From assembly GCA_050247995.1 (NCBI GenBank), contig JBFWTF010000001.1, positions 1-46,161 of the forward strand: 46,161 nt of DNA. Reading direction: 5' to 3'. Positions 27,925 through 37,833 of the stretch are shown here, piece by piece; position 1 is the stretch's first letter, and every line of letters begins with the position of its first letter. Both the position numbers and the translations under genes were made by a program. The notes under the pieces are model-generated. The model worked only from the letters and a program-made list of their open reading frames with translations, was not told where the DNA came from and made no database searches. This DNA comes from Methyloceanibacter sp. Lineage in GTDB: Bacteria; Pseudomonadota; Alphaproteobacteria; Rhizobiales; Methyloligellaceae.

Positions 27925-29148
27925 TCATTTCATGACGGCTTTGCGGTGGCCGAGATGGCCGTGCGCCACGAGCGTGCCGAGAACGTCGAGCATAACACGG
28001 CAGGCGAGCTGCGCGGTATTGTCATTGACGTCGTAGGGCGGGGAGACCTCGACCACCTCCATGCCGCACAACCCTTCCGCCGCGATGGTGTGGATCATCT
28101 CAAGGGCCTCGCGCGGCAGCAAGCCGCCTGGCTCCGGCGATCCCGTGCCCGGCGCGAAACCGGGATCGATCGAGTCGATGTCGAACGAGAGATAGACCGC
28201 CTTGCATCCCTCCCAAGCCATGTCGAGGGCGATCTCCGCTGCTTTCCGCGCTCCATGCTCGTCGATGTCCTTCATGGTGAGAACGCTGGTGCCGCGCCGC
28301 TTGGCGACGGCGGTGCCCGGCCGGTTGCCGTACCAGCCGCCGATGCCGACCTGGACGAGATTCTTGGGATGGCAGTTGGGCAGGCCCACGTCGTGCATGT
28401 GGCTGTGATCGCGATGGGTCGTGACCGTGCCTTCATGCGTGGTCCAGAACCACGGCGTCGTATGCATACGCTCATCCATATCCTTCTCCTGGATATCGAT
28501 GTGGCGGTCGATATGGATGATGCCGACATTGCCGTCGATATGCGGCGCGATCCCGCGCACATTGGGGAAGCCGAGGCTGTGGTCGCCGCCGCAGATCACG
28601 GGGAAGACGCCCGAGGTGTAGATGTGCGAGATCGCCTTGGTGACCTGGTCGAAGGTCTTTTCGATATTGCCGGGGATCACGAAGATGTCGCCGGCGTCGC
28701 AAAGATCGAGCTCCTCGAAAATATCGACGCCGCCGTCGAACCAGTACCCGTCATAGAGCGCCGAGATGCGCCGCACCGCCTGCGGCCCGAACCGCGTTCC
28801 CGGACGGTAGGTGGTGGCGGAGTCGAAGGGCGCGCCGACGAAGGCCGCTTCGAAATCGCCGATCTTGCGGATATTCTCGCAATACGGCGCCTTCATGAAG
28901 GTGTTGATGCCGGCGAAGGCCGGCTGATGGCCGCGGCTGAAGAGCGAGATGGTGCGATCGATGACGGAGTCGGCGGCTTGAAGCCCAAGCCTCAGCGAGC
29001 GCTTGATCTCCTCATCCTGCTTCTTCTGCGAGATGCGCGACAGCGTTGCCATGGTCTTGGCGCCGTCGGTCTCGCTCCGCTTCACGCCGTGGGACTTCCG
29101 TGTGCTGCGGACACGGCCCTGACTCCGGCCCGTCTTCTTCACCGCCAT
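27925..29148 (-). CDS. Ureohydrolase, guanidine hydrolase (GdmH)-like variant
   Basis: FAGINTF, TTYRPGTRFGPQ, GGDHS, HIDRHID, DERMHT, GIGGW and SFDIDSID, all GdmH-like; has PGTGSPEPGG. Confidence 0.85.
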   Translation of the reverse strand: MAVKKTGRSQGRVRSTRKSHGVKRSETDGAKTMATLSRISQKKQDEEIKRSLRLGLQAADSVIDRTISLFSRGHQPAFAGINTFMKAPYCENIRKIGDFEAAFVGAPFDSATTYRPGTRFGPQAVRRISALYDGYWFDGGVDIFEELDLCDAGDIFVIPGNIEKTFDQVTKAISHIYTSGVFPVICGGDHSLGFPNVRGIAPHIDGNVGIIHIDRHIDIQEKDMDERMHTTPWFWTTHEGTVTTHRDHSHMHDVGLPNCHPKNLVQVGIGGWYGNRPGTAVAKRRGTSVLTMKDIDEHGARKAAEIALDMAWEGCKAVYLSFDIDSIDPGFAPGTGSPEPGGLLPREALEMIHTIAAEGLCGMEVVEVSPPYDVNDNTAQLACRVMLDVLGTLVAHGHLGHRKAVMK

Positions 29149-29220
29149 GACGAACTCCTATAACGCCGCCGAGCGAAAATCTTGGCTCCCCCGATCACAC
29201 CAAAACAGACCCAATCCTTC

Positions 29221-29247
29221 AATAGCCATCATTGATCGAACTGATGC
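29221..29247 (-). promoter_or_regulatory. Putative LysR operator upstream of the GdmH-like gene
   Basis: Minus strand atcagttcgatcaatgatggctatt contains T-N11-A with partial dyad, next to a LysR gene. Confidence 0.35.
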
Positions 29248-29301
29248 TGCGCCGCGATAAGCGGCGGCAAATTCCGCGCCCCGCCAATGGAGTTCGGCGG
29301 T

Positions 29302-30219
29302 TCAATTCACCCCTGGCGGCACGCCGATCTCGGCGAGCAGCAACGCGCGCGCAAGCTTGCTCGGGGATCGGGGATTGGTGATGACGAAGATCGGCATTGA
29401 CGGCTGCTCCGCCCCCGCCAGCAGCGGCCAAAGCCGTCCCTCCGCGACGTCGGGCGCGGCAAAAGCCTCCGGCAGGAAGCAGATGCCGATGCCGAGGCTC
29501 GTCAGCCGCTTTGCCTCGTCGAGATGCTCGGAAAGGCCGGCCACGTGAACGCCAAGTCCATGACGCGTCCGGTAGGCGGTCAGGATGTCCGGCTCGTCGG
29601 CGCCGGTCAGCACGAAGGCCTCGCCCGCGAGCGCGGCCGGCCGGTCGAAGGTCTTGCCGTAGAGGGGATGGCCTCTGCCGCAATAGGCGCCGTGAACCTC
29701 CTCGAACAGGAAGTCGTATTTGAGGTCGGAGCGGAGCACTTGCGCCGGCGCCACGCAGATATCGATCTCGTCGCGCAGGAGCGAGGACGCGACCGAATCC
29801 CAGGTCGTGATGTCGATCAGGATCTCCACCTTCGGGTGCCGGGCATGAAATCTGGCGATGGCGGCGTCGAAGCGTTCGCAGACGAGGCTCGAAATGACCT
29901 CGATGGAAATTCGTCCCTGGACCTCTTCGGTGAGGTTGCCGAGCCGCTTCGGCACGTTGCGAACGAGCGCGTTGAGCGACCGGCAGGTCTCGGCGACCAG
30001 CATGCCTTCATCGGTCAGCTCGAACCCGCGCGGGCCGCGGCGGCAGAGCGTGACGCCGAGCTCGGTCTCGAGGCGCTTGAGCGCGAGGCTGAGCGCCGGC
30101 TGCTTGCGCCGGAGCGCCCGGCCTGCGCGGCTCACCCCGCCGGCCTCGGCGATCTCGTGAAACGTCTTCAAGAGATTCCAATCGACATTGCGCGAGAAAC
30201 TGACGGCGGTCGGAAGCAT
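29302..30219 (-). CDS. LysR family transcriptional regulator (alternative start at 30243)
   Basis: DWNLLKTF...QPALSLALKRLETELGVTLCRR...LTDEG HTH. Confidence 0.92.
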   Translation of the reverse strand: MLPTAVSFSRNVDWNLLKTFHEIAEAGGVSRAGRALRRKQPALSLALKRLETELGVTLCRRGPRGFELTDEGMLVAETCRSLNALVRNVPKRLGNLTEEVQGRISIEVISSLVCERFDAAIARFHARHPKVEILIDITTWDSVASSLLRDEIDICVAPAQVLRSDLKYDFLFEEVHGAYCGRGHPLYGKTFDRPAALAGEAFVLTGADEPDILTAYRTRHGLGVHVAGLSEHLDEAKRLTSLGIGICFLPEAFAAPDVAEGRLWPLLAGAEQPSMPIFVITNPRSPSKLARALLLAEIGVPPGVN

Positions 30220-30347
30220 GACGGTACACCCCTGATTGTGCATATGGCATCGGCTGGCAGCCAGATGGGGAATTCAACTACGACTTCGCGCGTTTTGCAA
30301 AACCGCAGTGGAGGCGGCGCGCCCGCACCGGTCGGCATGGGACAGGC

Positions 30348-31196
30348 ATGATCTCGGCGCTTCTCGGTCTTGCCAGCGCGCTCAGCCTCGGCGGCGCCGA
30401 CTTCATGGCGCGGTTCTCGACGCGGGCGCTCGGCGCCATCCTGACCTATACCTGCGTGCTTCTGATCGGAGTGGTCGGGACGACGCTCTGGCTCCTCGGC
30501 ACCGGTGAAGTTCTCGTCTGGTCGCCCCTCGGCATTGCCATCGCCGTTTTCCATGGCCTCAGCGTCGCCGGCATGTGCGTGCTCCTCTATATGGGTATCG
30601 CGCGTGGACCGATCGCCGTGGTCGCGCCCATCGTCGCCGCCCATCCGGCGCTGGTGCTCGCCGTCAACATTCTGATGGGCGTGCATCCGAGCGCCATACA
30701 ATGGGCGGCGATGGTCGTCGTCATCGCCGGCGGCATCCTCATCGCGCGGAGCAGCGTGGCGGAGGAGGGCGCCGCCGAGGCCAATAGGACGACGCTCCTC
30801 ATCGCCTTCAGCGCTTGTCTTGCCTATGTCGCCATCGTGCTCACGGCACAGGCCGCCACCCCTCTGATCGGCGCGTTTCAGACCATGTGGATCGGGCGCC
30901 TTTCGGGCCTTGTCTTCCTCGGCGGCATCCTCCTCGCGCAGCGGGCGCGGTTTAGCGTCCCCCGCCAATGGCTGCCATTCGTCGGGCTGCAAGGCGGGCT
31001 CGACTCGCTTGGGTATTTGACCTTCCTGGTCGGGTCTAACAGCGCCGCGCCCTATGTCACCATGGTGCTTGCCTCGGCCTTCAGCGTGGTGACGGTGCTG
31101 CTCGCCTGGATCGTCCTTCGCGAGCCCATCGGCAAGCTGCAATGGGTGGCGATCGCCTTGATCGCGGCCGGCGCCGCGGTGCTTACCGCGAGCTAG
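30348..31196 (+). CDS. DMT/EamA family transporter
   Basis: About ten TM helices, GPIAVVAPI, LAWIVLREPI. Confidence 0.88.
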   Translation: MISALLGLASALSLGGADFMARFSTRALGAILTYTCVLLIGVVGTTLWLLGTGEVLVWSPLGIAIAVFHGLSVAGMCVLLYMGIARGPIAVVAPIVAAHPALVLAVNILMGVHPSAIQWAAMVVVIAGGILIARSSVAEEGAAEANRTTLLIAFSACLAYVAIVLTAQAATPLIGAFQTMWIGRLSGLVFLGGILLAQRARFSVPRQWLPFVGLQGGLDSLGYLTFLVGSNSAAPYVTMVLASAFSVVTVLLAWIVLREPIGKLQWVAIALIAAGAAVLTAS

Positions 31197-31200
31197 GCGC

Positions 31201-31830
31201 TCAGCCCCAGACCCGCGCCGGCCGGACCGTATCGATCTGGTAATCGCTCGCATGCCGGGCGAAGAACTCGCGGCCGAAGCGCTCCGCCGCATTGAGCGGC
31301 TCGCCCGGATCCTTGCGAACGTCGCCGCGCGAATTGCCGTAGCCGTGCACGACGCCGACGAAGGTGGAGTGGGTATAGCGGGCGAATTCCTGGATTTGGC
31401 AGATGATCCCGCCCGAGACCATGGGAAACGTCTCCTCCGAGCTGAGCGCGAGCCCGATGCGTTTACCTTGCATCTTCTCGATGACTTCCGCCGAGCGCGG
31501 GTAGGAGGCGGCGTAATAGCAGAACGTCCGGTCGAAGAAGGCCTTGAGCTGCGCCGCCATGCCGTACCAGTAGATCGGCGTCGCCGCGATGAACCCGTCT
31601 GCCGGCAGGTAGTGATCGAGAAACACCGAGCGATAGCCGTCGTCGATCGCGCACTCGCCGTCGGGCTTGCGGCATTGGCGGCAGTCCCGGAGAAAACTCT
31701 TGAGGAAATCGTCGGCGAAGAGGAGCGTCGCGTCGTGACCCGCCTCCTTGAGCCCGCCGTGAACGGCCTCGGCCAGGAGCGCGGAATTGCCGTTGCGGCG
31801 CGGGCTCGACGACAACACGAGTGCTTTCAT
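31201..31830 (-). CDS. Flavodoxin-fold NAD(P)H-dependent FMN reductase / iron-sulfur flavoprotein-like
   Basis: SSPRRNGNS, CRQC...C Cys cluster, ATPIYWY, LKAFFDR. Confidence 0.85.
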   Translation of the reverse strand: MKALVLSSSPRRNGNSALLAEAVHGGLKEAGHDATLLFADDFLKSFLRDCRQCRKPDGECAIDDGYRSVFLDHYLPADGFIAATPIYWYGMAAQLKAFFDRTFCYYAASYPRSAEVIEKMQGKRIGLALSSEETFPMVSGGIICQIQEFARYTHSTFVGVVHGYGNSRGDVRKDPGEPLNAAERFGREFFARHASDYQIDTVRPARVWG

Positions 31831-31834
31831 TGTT

Positions 31835-32845
31835 TCATCCTCTCAAGAGTTCGGCGGCGGCCTCATCGAGCGCGCGCTGGAACGCCGGAACACGCCCCGG
31901 CGAAGCGACGCAATGCCCCCATGGCGAGTCGAAGACGCGGAGTTCGGCGCGCTGCATCGCGCGGACCTCCGCCGCGTTGTCGGCGGGAACGAAGTACATG
32001 TCTGTGCTGCACGGCATCACGATCGCCCGCGCCTCAATCGCCTGCAACGCGCGGGCGAAGTCGCCGCGATAGATGTCGTTGTCGCTGATGTCGCCGTGCT
32101 GCCACGTCCAGATCTTGGCGATCAGGTCGTTGGCGTCCCACTTCAGGTGATCCTCCTCCCAGTCGCGCACGAAATCCTCGAGCGTGGCGAAGCCGAGCGT
32201 CCGGTAGAGAGCGTCGCGGAAGAAGGCGTGCGAATAGGCCCAGGCGACATAGACGCGGCCGAAGGCGCGCAAACCTTTCTCTGGCGCCGTGACGTAGTTC
32301 CCTTCGTTCCAGGCGGCATCCGCCTGAAGCGCGGCCTTGGGACCGTCGAGGAAAGCATGGTTGAGCGGCGAGCAGCGCGCGGCGCCGCAATAGGGTAGGA
32401 TCGCGGCGACCATGGAGGGATATTGCGCCGCCCATTGGTAAGCCTGCATCGCCGCCATCGACCAGCCGAGCACGAGCGCGATCCGCTTTACGCCGAGCCG
32501 CTCCGTGAGCAGGCGGTGCTGGCAGGCGACGTTGTCGTAGAGCGTGACGTGGGGAAAGCGCGGGCCGTCTTGCGGCGCGCTCGTGTTGCTCGGCGAAGAG
32601 GAATAGCCGTTACCGAACAGGTTGATCGAGACGATGAAATGACGGGCGGGATCGATGGCGCGCCCCGGTCCGAACAGGGGCTCGTTGCGGCCATGCGTGC
32701 CGGTATAGAAGGTGGGGAGCAGGACGGCATTGTCCGCCGCTTCGTTGAGCGTGCCGTAGGTGGCGTAAGCGAGCTCCGCGCTTCTCAGCATGGCACCTGA
32801 CTGGAGGCGTACATCGCCGAGGGCGCAAGTGTCGTAACCTTTCAT
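31835..32845 (-). CDS. MetX (homoserine O-acetyltransferase)-like alpha/beta hydrolase
   Basis: AYATYGTLN, GWSMAA nucleophile, TDMYF, SPWGH. Confidence 0.85.
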   Translation of the reverse strand: MKGYDTCALGDVRLQSGAMLRSAELAYATYGTLNEAADNAVLLPTFYTGTHGRNEPLFGPGRAIDPARHFIVSINLFGNGYSSSPSNTSAPQDGPRFPHVTLYDNVACQHRLLTERLGVKRIALVLGWSMAAMQAYQWAAQYPSMVAAILPYCGAARCSPLNHAFLDGPKAALQADAAWNEGNYVTAPEKGLRAFGRVYVAWAYSHAFFRDALYRTLGFATLEDFVRDWEEDHLKWDANDLIAKIWTWQHGDISDNDIYRGDFARALQAIEARAIVMPCSTDMYFVPADNAAEVRAMQRAELRVFDSPWGHCVASPGRVPAFQRALDEAAAELLRG

Positions 32846-32884
32846 CGGCGTCGCGCCTCGAGGTCCCGCGGCTGAGGCCGCAAC

Positions 32885-34138
32885 TCATGCGCCATAGCGC
32901 TCGCGATAAGCCTCGGCGGCTTTTTCGAAACATGCAAGCGGGGGCCGCACGACGCCGGCGCCGATCTGCCCGCCATTCCGGCCCGCGATGCCGACGTCGA
33001 GGACCGGGAGCACCTTCTTTTCCAAGACCTTGAAGATATCGATGCCCGTCGGCGTGCCGCGAAAGCCGAGCGCCGGAATGAGATAGTCGGGGTTCTCGCC
33101 GGTGGTGATGGCGTAGAGCTCCTTGTTGCGCGCGATCATCGTCTCGTAGGAGCCGCCCTGGTAGGTCTGGAGCGAGGGCGCCGAGGCTTGCGCGAATCCG
33201 CCGAGCCCGATCGTCTCGGCGATGATGCTCTCGCCTCCCATCCACGTGATCTCGTCCTCGCTGTGCCCCTCGAACAGCTTGGCCTCGACCGAGGCATGCG
33301 GGCCCCTGAACCAGGTGTCGCCGAGACCGCTCACGCGCAAAGAGAAGCCGCGGCAGTTGAAGGCCATCGCCGTCACCACGCTCGAGCCTTCGATGTCGCG
33401 CGCCGCGTCTGCGGTCGCCTTGGCCGCCGCCATGGAGAGGCGCAGGAAGAAATAGTGATCGTCGGTCATGGTCTTCACGGCGCGGATGACCCGCTCGGCC
33501 CCCGAAGACGCCAGCGCCAGCAAGTCGGGCACGAGCTCGCGCAGGAACAGAAGCGCCGCGGCCGTGTTGCGCGAGTGCAGCTCGTCCCCCATGCCGAGCG
33601 CCCGCTTGATGATGGGCTTGAGCGGGATGCCGTCGCTCTGGCGCAACGCCTCGGCGATCACCGGCACGATCTCGTTTTGCACGAGCAGGAGCCGCTCGCG
33701 CACGCCGTCGTCATAGACCCCGTAATTCAGGCGGCGCGGGTTGCTGCCCTCGTAGATGTTGCAGCAGGCGATATTGCCGAAGGCGCGATTCTCCACCACG
33801 AAGGCCGGCATCGACGCGGTGTAGATTCCGGCGAGCGAGCCCACGCAGCCGAAATCCTGACACGCGCCCACTTTGATCTCGCCGGCGTCGAGCTTGGCGA
33901 TGGCCTCGTCGCGATCCTTGGCGAGACCTTCGAACAAGGCGCCGCCGATAATCGCCTCGCGCTGGCCGCCGCTATAGTCGGCCCAGGCCATCGGCGGACC
34001 GGACGTGAGGACGATGTTCGAGGCAAATCCGGGGACGAACTCGCCCACCTGGCGCACATCGACCAGGACCGGGTCGGATTGGGTCAGTCGCTCGAAGGCG
34101 AGGCGATTGGCCTCGGTGGTTGCGGCCGCCTTTGCCAT
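32885..34138 (-). CDS. DUF1116 (YlbE/AllG-like) protein
   Basis: MGDELHSRNTAA, FFLRLSMAAAK, SSVVTAM, ETIGLGGF, GTPTGID and GQIGAG motifs of YlbE. Confidence 0.82.
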   Translation of the reverse strand: MAKAAATTEANRLAFERLTQSDPVLVDVRQVGEFVPGFASNIVLTSGPPMAWADYSGGQREAIIGGALFEGLAKDRDEAIAKLDAGEIKVGACQDFGCVGSLAGIYTASMPAFVVENRAFGNIACCNIYEGSNPRRLNYGVYDDGVRERLLLVQNEIVPVIAEALRQSDGIPLKPIIKRALGMGDELHSRNTAAALLFLRELVPDLLALASSGAERVIRAVKTMTDDHYFFLRLSMAAAKATADAARDIEGSSVVTAMAFNCRGFSLRVSGLGDTWFRGPHASVEAKLFEGHSEDEITWMGGESIIAETIGLGGFAQASAPSLQTYQGGSYETMIARNKELYAITTGENPDYLIPALGFRGTPTGIDIFKVLEKKVLPVLDVGIAGRNGGQIGAGVVRPPLACFEKAAEAYRERYGA

Positions 34139-34153
34139 CTCGCCCTCCCCATG

Positions 34154-34208
34154 TTAATTGACCGTTTAATCAAGCGATCGAGTGTTGCCTTATTGACCGG
34201 GCTAATGC
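34154..34208. promoter_or_regulatory. Two TetR-operator-like sites in the DUF1116/TetR divergent promoter
   Basis: ttaattgaccgtttaatcaa (34154) and ttattgaccgggctaat (34190) resemble the palindrome at 35188. Confidence 0.55.
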
Positions 34209-34305
34209 AAGTAGATGCTGTCCAGAGATGGGAGGCCCTCTCATGCGGCAACGATACGAGTACGCATTCTTTGGTCCTCCCCGGCAAGGGTCCTGAACCG
34301 CCAAG

Positions 34306-35004
34306 ATGACGCAACAGCCAGTTCGCGAGTTGTCCCGCGCGCGGCGCGCGGGGGAAGGCGCCCGCAAGGCAGGCGTCGCCCGCTACCGGCCAAGTCCAGG
34401 CCGCATCGACAGTTTTCTTGCGACCTCGCTCGAACTCTTTGCCGAGCGCAATTTCGCCTCGGTCACGATCAAGGACATAGCCAAGGCGCTCGATGTCAAT
34501 CCGGCCCTGATCTACTACTATTTCGACAGCAAGACGGACCTGTTCCGGGCCACCATCGAGCGGGCCGTGGCCCGCGCCTTCGAGAATGTCCGCCGTCTGG
34601 AGGACAGAAGCGCCGACCCTGCCACCATCCTCGCGGCGTGGCTCACCAACCACGTCAACAAGTACCACGAAATCCACCGTTTTGTTAAAATTGCGCTCGA
34701 TTTTCGCAGTTCCCACGAGGGCGATCGGGCCATCGCCGAAACCATCGAGGGCTTTTACGTGGAGGAGCGCAGGCTTCTCTCCAGGGTGATCCGTGACGGT
34801 GTGAGGCAGGGACTGTTCAAGCCCGTCAACCCGGCCCGCCTGGCCCAGTTCATCTCGACCCATCTCGACGGCTGCATGGTGCGATCGGTGATCCTGCCTG
34901 ATTTCGATCTCAAGGGTGCGGTGCGGGATCTGCATGCCCATGTCCTGGGCAAGCTGGGCTATTCGCCGGCGAAGAGCAAAAAATTGCGGCGCCCCGGCGC
35001 TTAG
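34306..35004 (+). CDS. TetR/AcrR family regulator
   Basis: LFAERNFASVTIKDIAKALDVNPALIYYYFDSKTDLF HTH. Confidence 0.93.
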   Translation: MTQQPVRELSRARRAGEGARKAGVARYRPSPGRIDSFLATSLELFAERNFASVTIKDIAKALDVNPALIYYYFDSKTDLFRATIERAVARAFENVRRLEDRSADPATILAAWLTNHVNKYHEIHRFVKIALDFRSSHEGDRAIAETIEGFYVEERRLLSRVIRDGVRQGLFKPVNPARLAQFISTHLDGCMVRSVILPDFDLKGAVRDLHAHVLGKLGYSPAKSKKLRRPGA

Positions 35005-35187
35005 AACGCGCACATTGCCTGGCGCGACGATGGCGCGGTGGGGCACGCCGCGCTCCCCGCGAGCGAGCCACGCGCCATCCCCAGTCTGTGACCCTTGCAT
35101 CGCTTTCAGCGCGACCTGCGCCCGCGCGCCGGAAGCCGCGCTCTTGCGCGCAGAAACGAATTTTCCGCCGGTTTCCCGCGAACAATC

Positions 35188-35207
35188 CTAATTGACTGTT
35201 CAATTAG
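35188..35207. promoter_or_regulatory. Palindromic operator CTAATTGA-N4-TCAATTAG
   Basis: Perfect 8-bp arms upstream of the GS-like operon. Confidence 0.7.
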
Positions 35208-35349
35208 AAGCGCGCACAGTGCCGCGACCTCTTGGGTGAGGGGAGAGCGGGCAGGGGGGCCCAGCCGAGAGAATTGGCCTCAAAATTGCACACACAGTAA
35301 CCAGCCGGTCCGTTCCCCGCGCCGCTTCCTTGAAGGAGAGCACACGTCC

Positions 35350-36792
35350 ATGAACGAGAGAGCGACCGGACCGCACAAAAAGGCTCAAGGCGGGAACAAG
35401 CGGGAGACGATGCAGAGTCTGATCGACAAGGGGGTCGAATACTGCATGCCCCTTTATGTCGATGCTCACGGGATCGCCAAGACCAAGACCGTGCCGGTCA
35501 ACCATTTCGACCGGATGATGCGCGGTTCGGAGCTCTTCACCGGCGCCGCCCTCGATGGCCTCGGCCAGGGTCCGCATGACGACGAGCTCGCCGTGCTTCC
35601 CGATCCCGACGCCGTCATGCAACTGCCGTGGCGCCCGAACGTGGCCGTGATCCCCGGTCAACTGACCTATCACGAACAGCCTTATCCCATGTGCTCGCGC
35701 TCGGTGCTCGCCCGGCAGGTCGAACGCGCCGCCAAGATGGGGCTGAAATTCAATCTCGGCGTCGAATGCGAAACCTATATCGTCAGGCGCGATCCTACGG
35801 CGCATAACGGCATTGTGCCCAACGATCCGCGCGACACGATTGCCAAGGCCGCTTACGACGCGAGCCTCACGCTGATGAATCTCGACTTTCTCAACGAGGT
35901 CGTCTCGGCGATGAACGCGCTCGGCTGGGAGGTGCATTCCTTCGATCACGAGGACGCCAACGGCCAATTCGAGTTCGATTTCGCCTATGCCGACGTCATG
36001 ACCATGGCCGATCGTTTCGTCATCTGGCGCATGATGATGAAGGAGCTGTCGCGCAAATTCGGCTGGGAATCGACCATGATGCCCAAGCCCTATGCCGACC
36101 GCACCGGCTCCGGCGCCCACTTCAACATGTCTCTGGCCGACATCAAGACCGGCAAGAACATCTCCGGCGATGCCTCCGACAAGCGGGGCTGCGGCCTGTC
36201 CAAGATTGCCTATCAATTCCTCGGCGGGCTGAGAAAGCATGCAGCCGCCCTCGTCGCCGTGAGCTGTCCCACCGTCAATTCCTACAAGCGCCTGATCAAG
36301 ACCGGCTCGATGACGGGCTACACTTGGGCGCCGATCTTCATTTCCTACGGCGGCAACAACCGCACGCACATGTTCCGCGTTCCGCTTCTGCGGCCCCATA
36401 TCGAGGGCGGCCGGGAAGCGCCCGGGCATGTCTACCTCTCGAGCGCGCGCTGGGAATGCCGCGCCGTCGATCCCGCCATGAACCCCTATCTCGCCGCCGC
36501 GATGTTCCTCGGCGCCGGTCTCGACGGCATCGAGCAGGATCTCGATCCGGGCGACCCGCAGCTCGAAAACATGTATGAATTGTCCGACGCCGAGCTTGCA
36601 AAAAGAGGCGTGCGGCAGCTTCCGCGCACCCTGCTCGAGGCGGTCACCGCGTTCGCGGCGGACGATCTCGGGCGGCGCGTGATGGGAGACGAGCTTTATC
36701 GGTCCTATATCGATCTCAAATCAGGCGAGTGGTGGTCGTATCACAACGCCGTCTCGCAGTGGGAAATCGACGAGTACCTGACGAAATTCTGA
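35350..36792 (+). CDS. Type III glutamate-amine ligase (GlnT/GmaS-like)
   Basis: GVECE, DHEDANGQFE, MMPKP...GSGAHFNMSL, PTVNSYKRL, TWAP...NNRTHM. Start at 35350, with GAAGGAG RBS. Confidence 0.88.
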   Translation: MNERATGPHKKAQGGNKRETMQSLIDKGVEYCMPLYVDAHGIAKTKTVPVNHFDRMMRGSELFTGAALDGLGQGPHDDELAVLPDPDAVMQLPWRPNVAVIPGQLTYHEQPYPMCSRSVLARQVERAAKMGLKFNLGVECETYIVRRDPTAHNGIVPNDPRDTIAKAAYDASLTLMNLDFLNEVVSAMNALGWEVHSFDHEDANGQFEFDFAYADVMTMADRFVIWRMMMKELSRKFGWESTMMPKPYADRTGSGAHFNMSLADIKTGKNISGDASDKRGCGLSKIAYQFLGGLRKHAAALVAVSCPTVNSYKRLIKTGSMTGYTWAPIFISYGGNNRTHMFRVPLLRPHIEGGREAPGHVYLSSARWECRAVDPAMNPYLAAAMFLGAGLDGIEQDLDPGDPQLENMYELSDAELAKRGVRQLPRTLLEAVTAFAADDLGRRVMGDELYRSYIDLKSGEWWSYHNAVSQWEIDEYLTKF

Positions 36793-36804
36793 GCCGGAGG
36801 CGCT

Positions 36805-37788
36805 GTGTTCTGGCGCAAGAAAGACAAGGCGGCCGACTCGGAGGTGAAGATGTTCTTCGCCTCCGACCTGCACGGCTCGAATGTCTGCTTCAAGAAATTC
36901 ATCAACGGCGCCCAGTTCTACGGCGCCGACGTTCTCGTCCTCGGCGGCGACATGACCGGCAAGGCCGTCATCCCCATCGCCGAGCAGGCCGACGGCACGT
37001 TCCTCGCCTTTCAGCATGGGCAATCGGTCAAGCTCGAGGGCAAGGCCGAGCTCGACGAGTTCGTCAAGCGCCAGGGCAATATGGGGTTCTACCCCACTGT
37101 CATGTCCGAATCCGAATATCAGCGCTTGCGGGCCGATCCCGACGCGCAGGCCGGCCTTTTCAAGAAGCTCGTCCTGGAGCGCGTGCGCGAATGGGCGGCG
37201 CTCGCCGAACAAAAGCTCAAGGGCACGGAAATTCCGCTCGTCGCCATTCCCGGCAATGACGATTTCCACGAGATCGACGACATCCTGACGCAGTCGCCGC
37301 GTTTCGACTTCCACGAGATGCAGGTCTGCGAGTTCAAGGGCGGCTACCAAATGCTCTATTGCGGCGGCTCGACGCCGACGCCCTGGGACACCGAGCGCGA
37401 ATATACCGAGGACCAATACGTGAAGCGGTTTGCCGAGCTCCTGCCCCAGGTGCGCGATATGAGCCGCTGCATCTTCAATGTGCACGTGCCTCCGTTCGGC
37501 ACGACGCTCGACGCCTGCAACAAGCTCGATGACAAGCTGCAAGTGGTCTACGAAATGGGCCTGCCGGTGCAGACCCATGCCGGCTGCCAAACCTTGGTCG
37601 ATGTCATCAAGCAGCACCAGCCGCTGCTCGGGCTTCACGGCCACGTTCACGAGGGCCGCGCCAAGATCAATATCGGCAAGACCATCTGCATCAATCCGGG
37701 CAGCGCCTATCCCGAGGGCATCTTGCAGGGTGCTATGATTACGCTGCGTGACGGCGCGGTCACGCAAGTCAGTTTGACACAAGGCTAA
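36805..37788 (+). CDS. Calcineurin-like metallophosphoesterase (Icc-related)
   Basis: SDLHG, GGDMTG, PGNDD, HVPP, GHVHE and INPGS motifs. Confidence 0.88.
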   Translation: MFWRKKDKAADSEVKMFFASDLHGSNVCFKKFINGAQFYGADVLVLGGDMTGKAVIPIAEQADGTFLAFQHGQSVKLEGKAELDEFVKRQGNMGFYPTVMSESEYQRLRADPDAQAGLFKKLVLERVREWAALAEQKLKGTEIPLVAIPGNDDFHEIDDILTQSPRFDFHEMQVCEFKGGYQMLYCGGSTPTPWDTEREYTEDQYVKRFAELLPQVRDMSRCIFNVHVPPFGTTLDACNKLDDKLQVVYEMGLPVQTHAGCQTLVDVIKQHQPLLGLHGHVHEGRAKINIGKTICINPGSAYPEGILQGAMITLRDGAVTQVSLTQG

Positions 37789-37833
37789 GGGAGCGTCATT
37801 CGGCGAGGGATTCAGCGACAGAAGGAGGGGACC

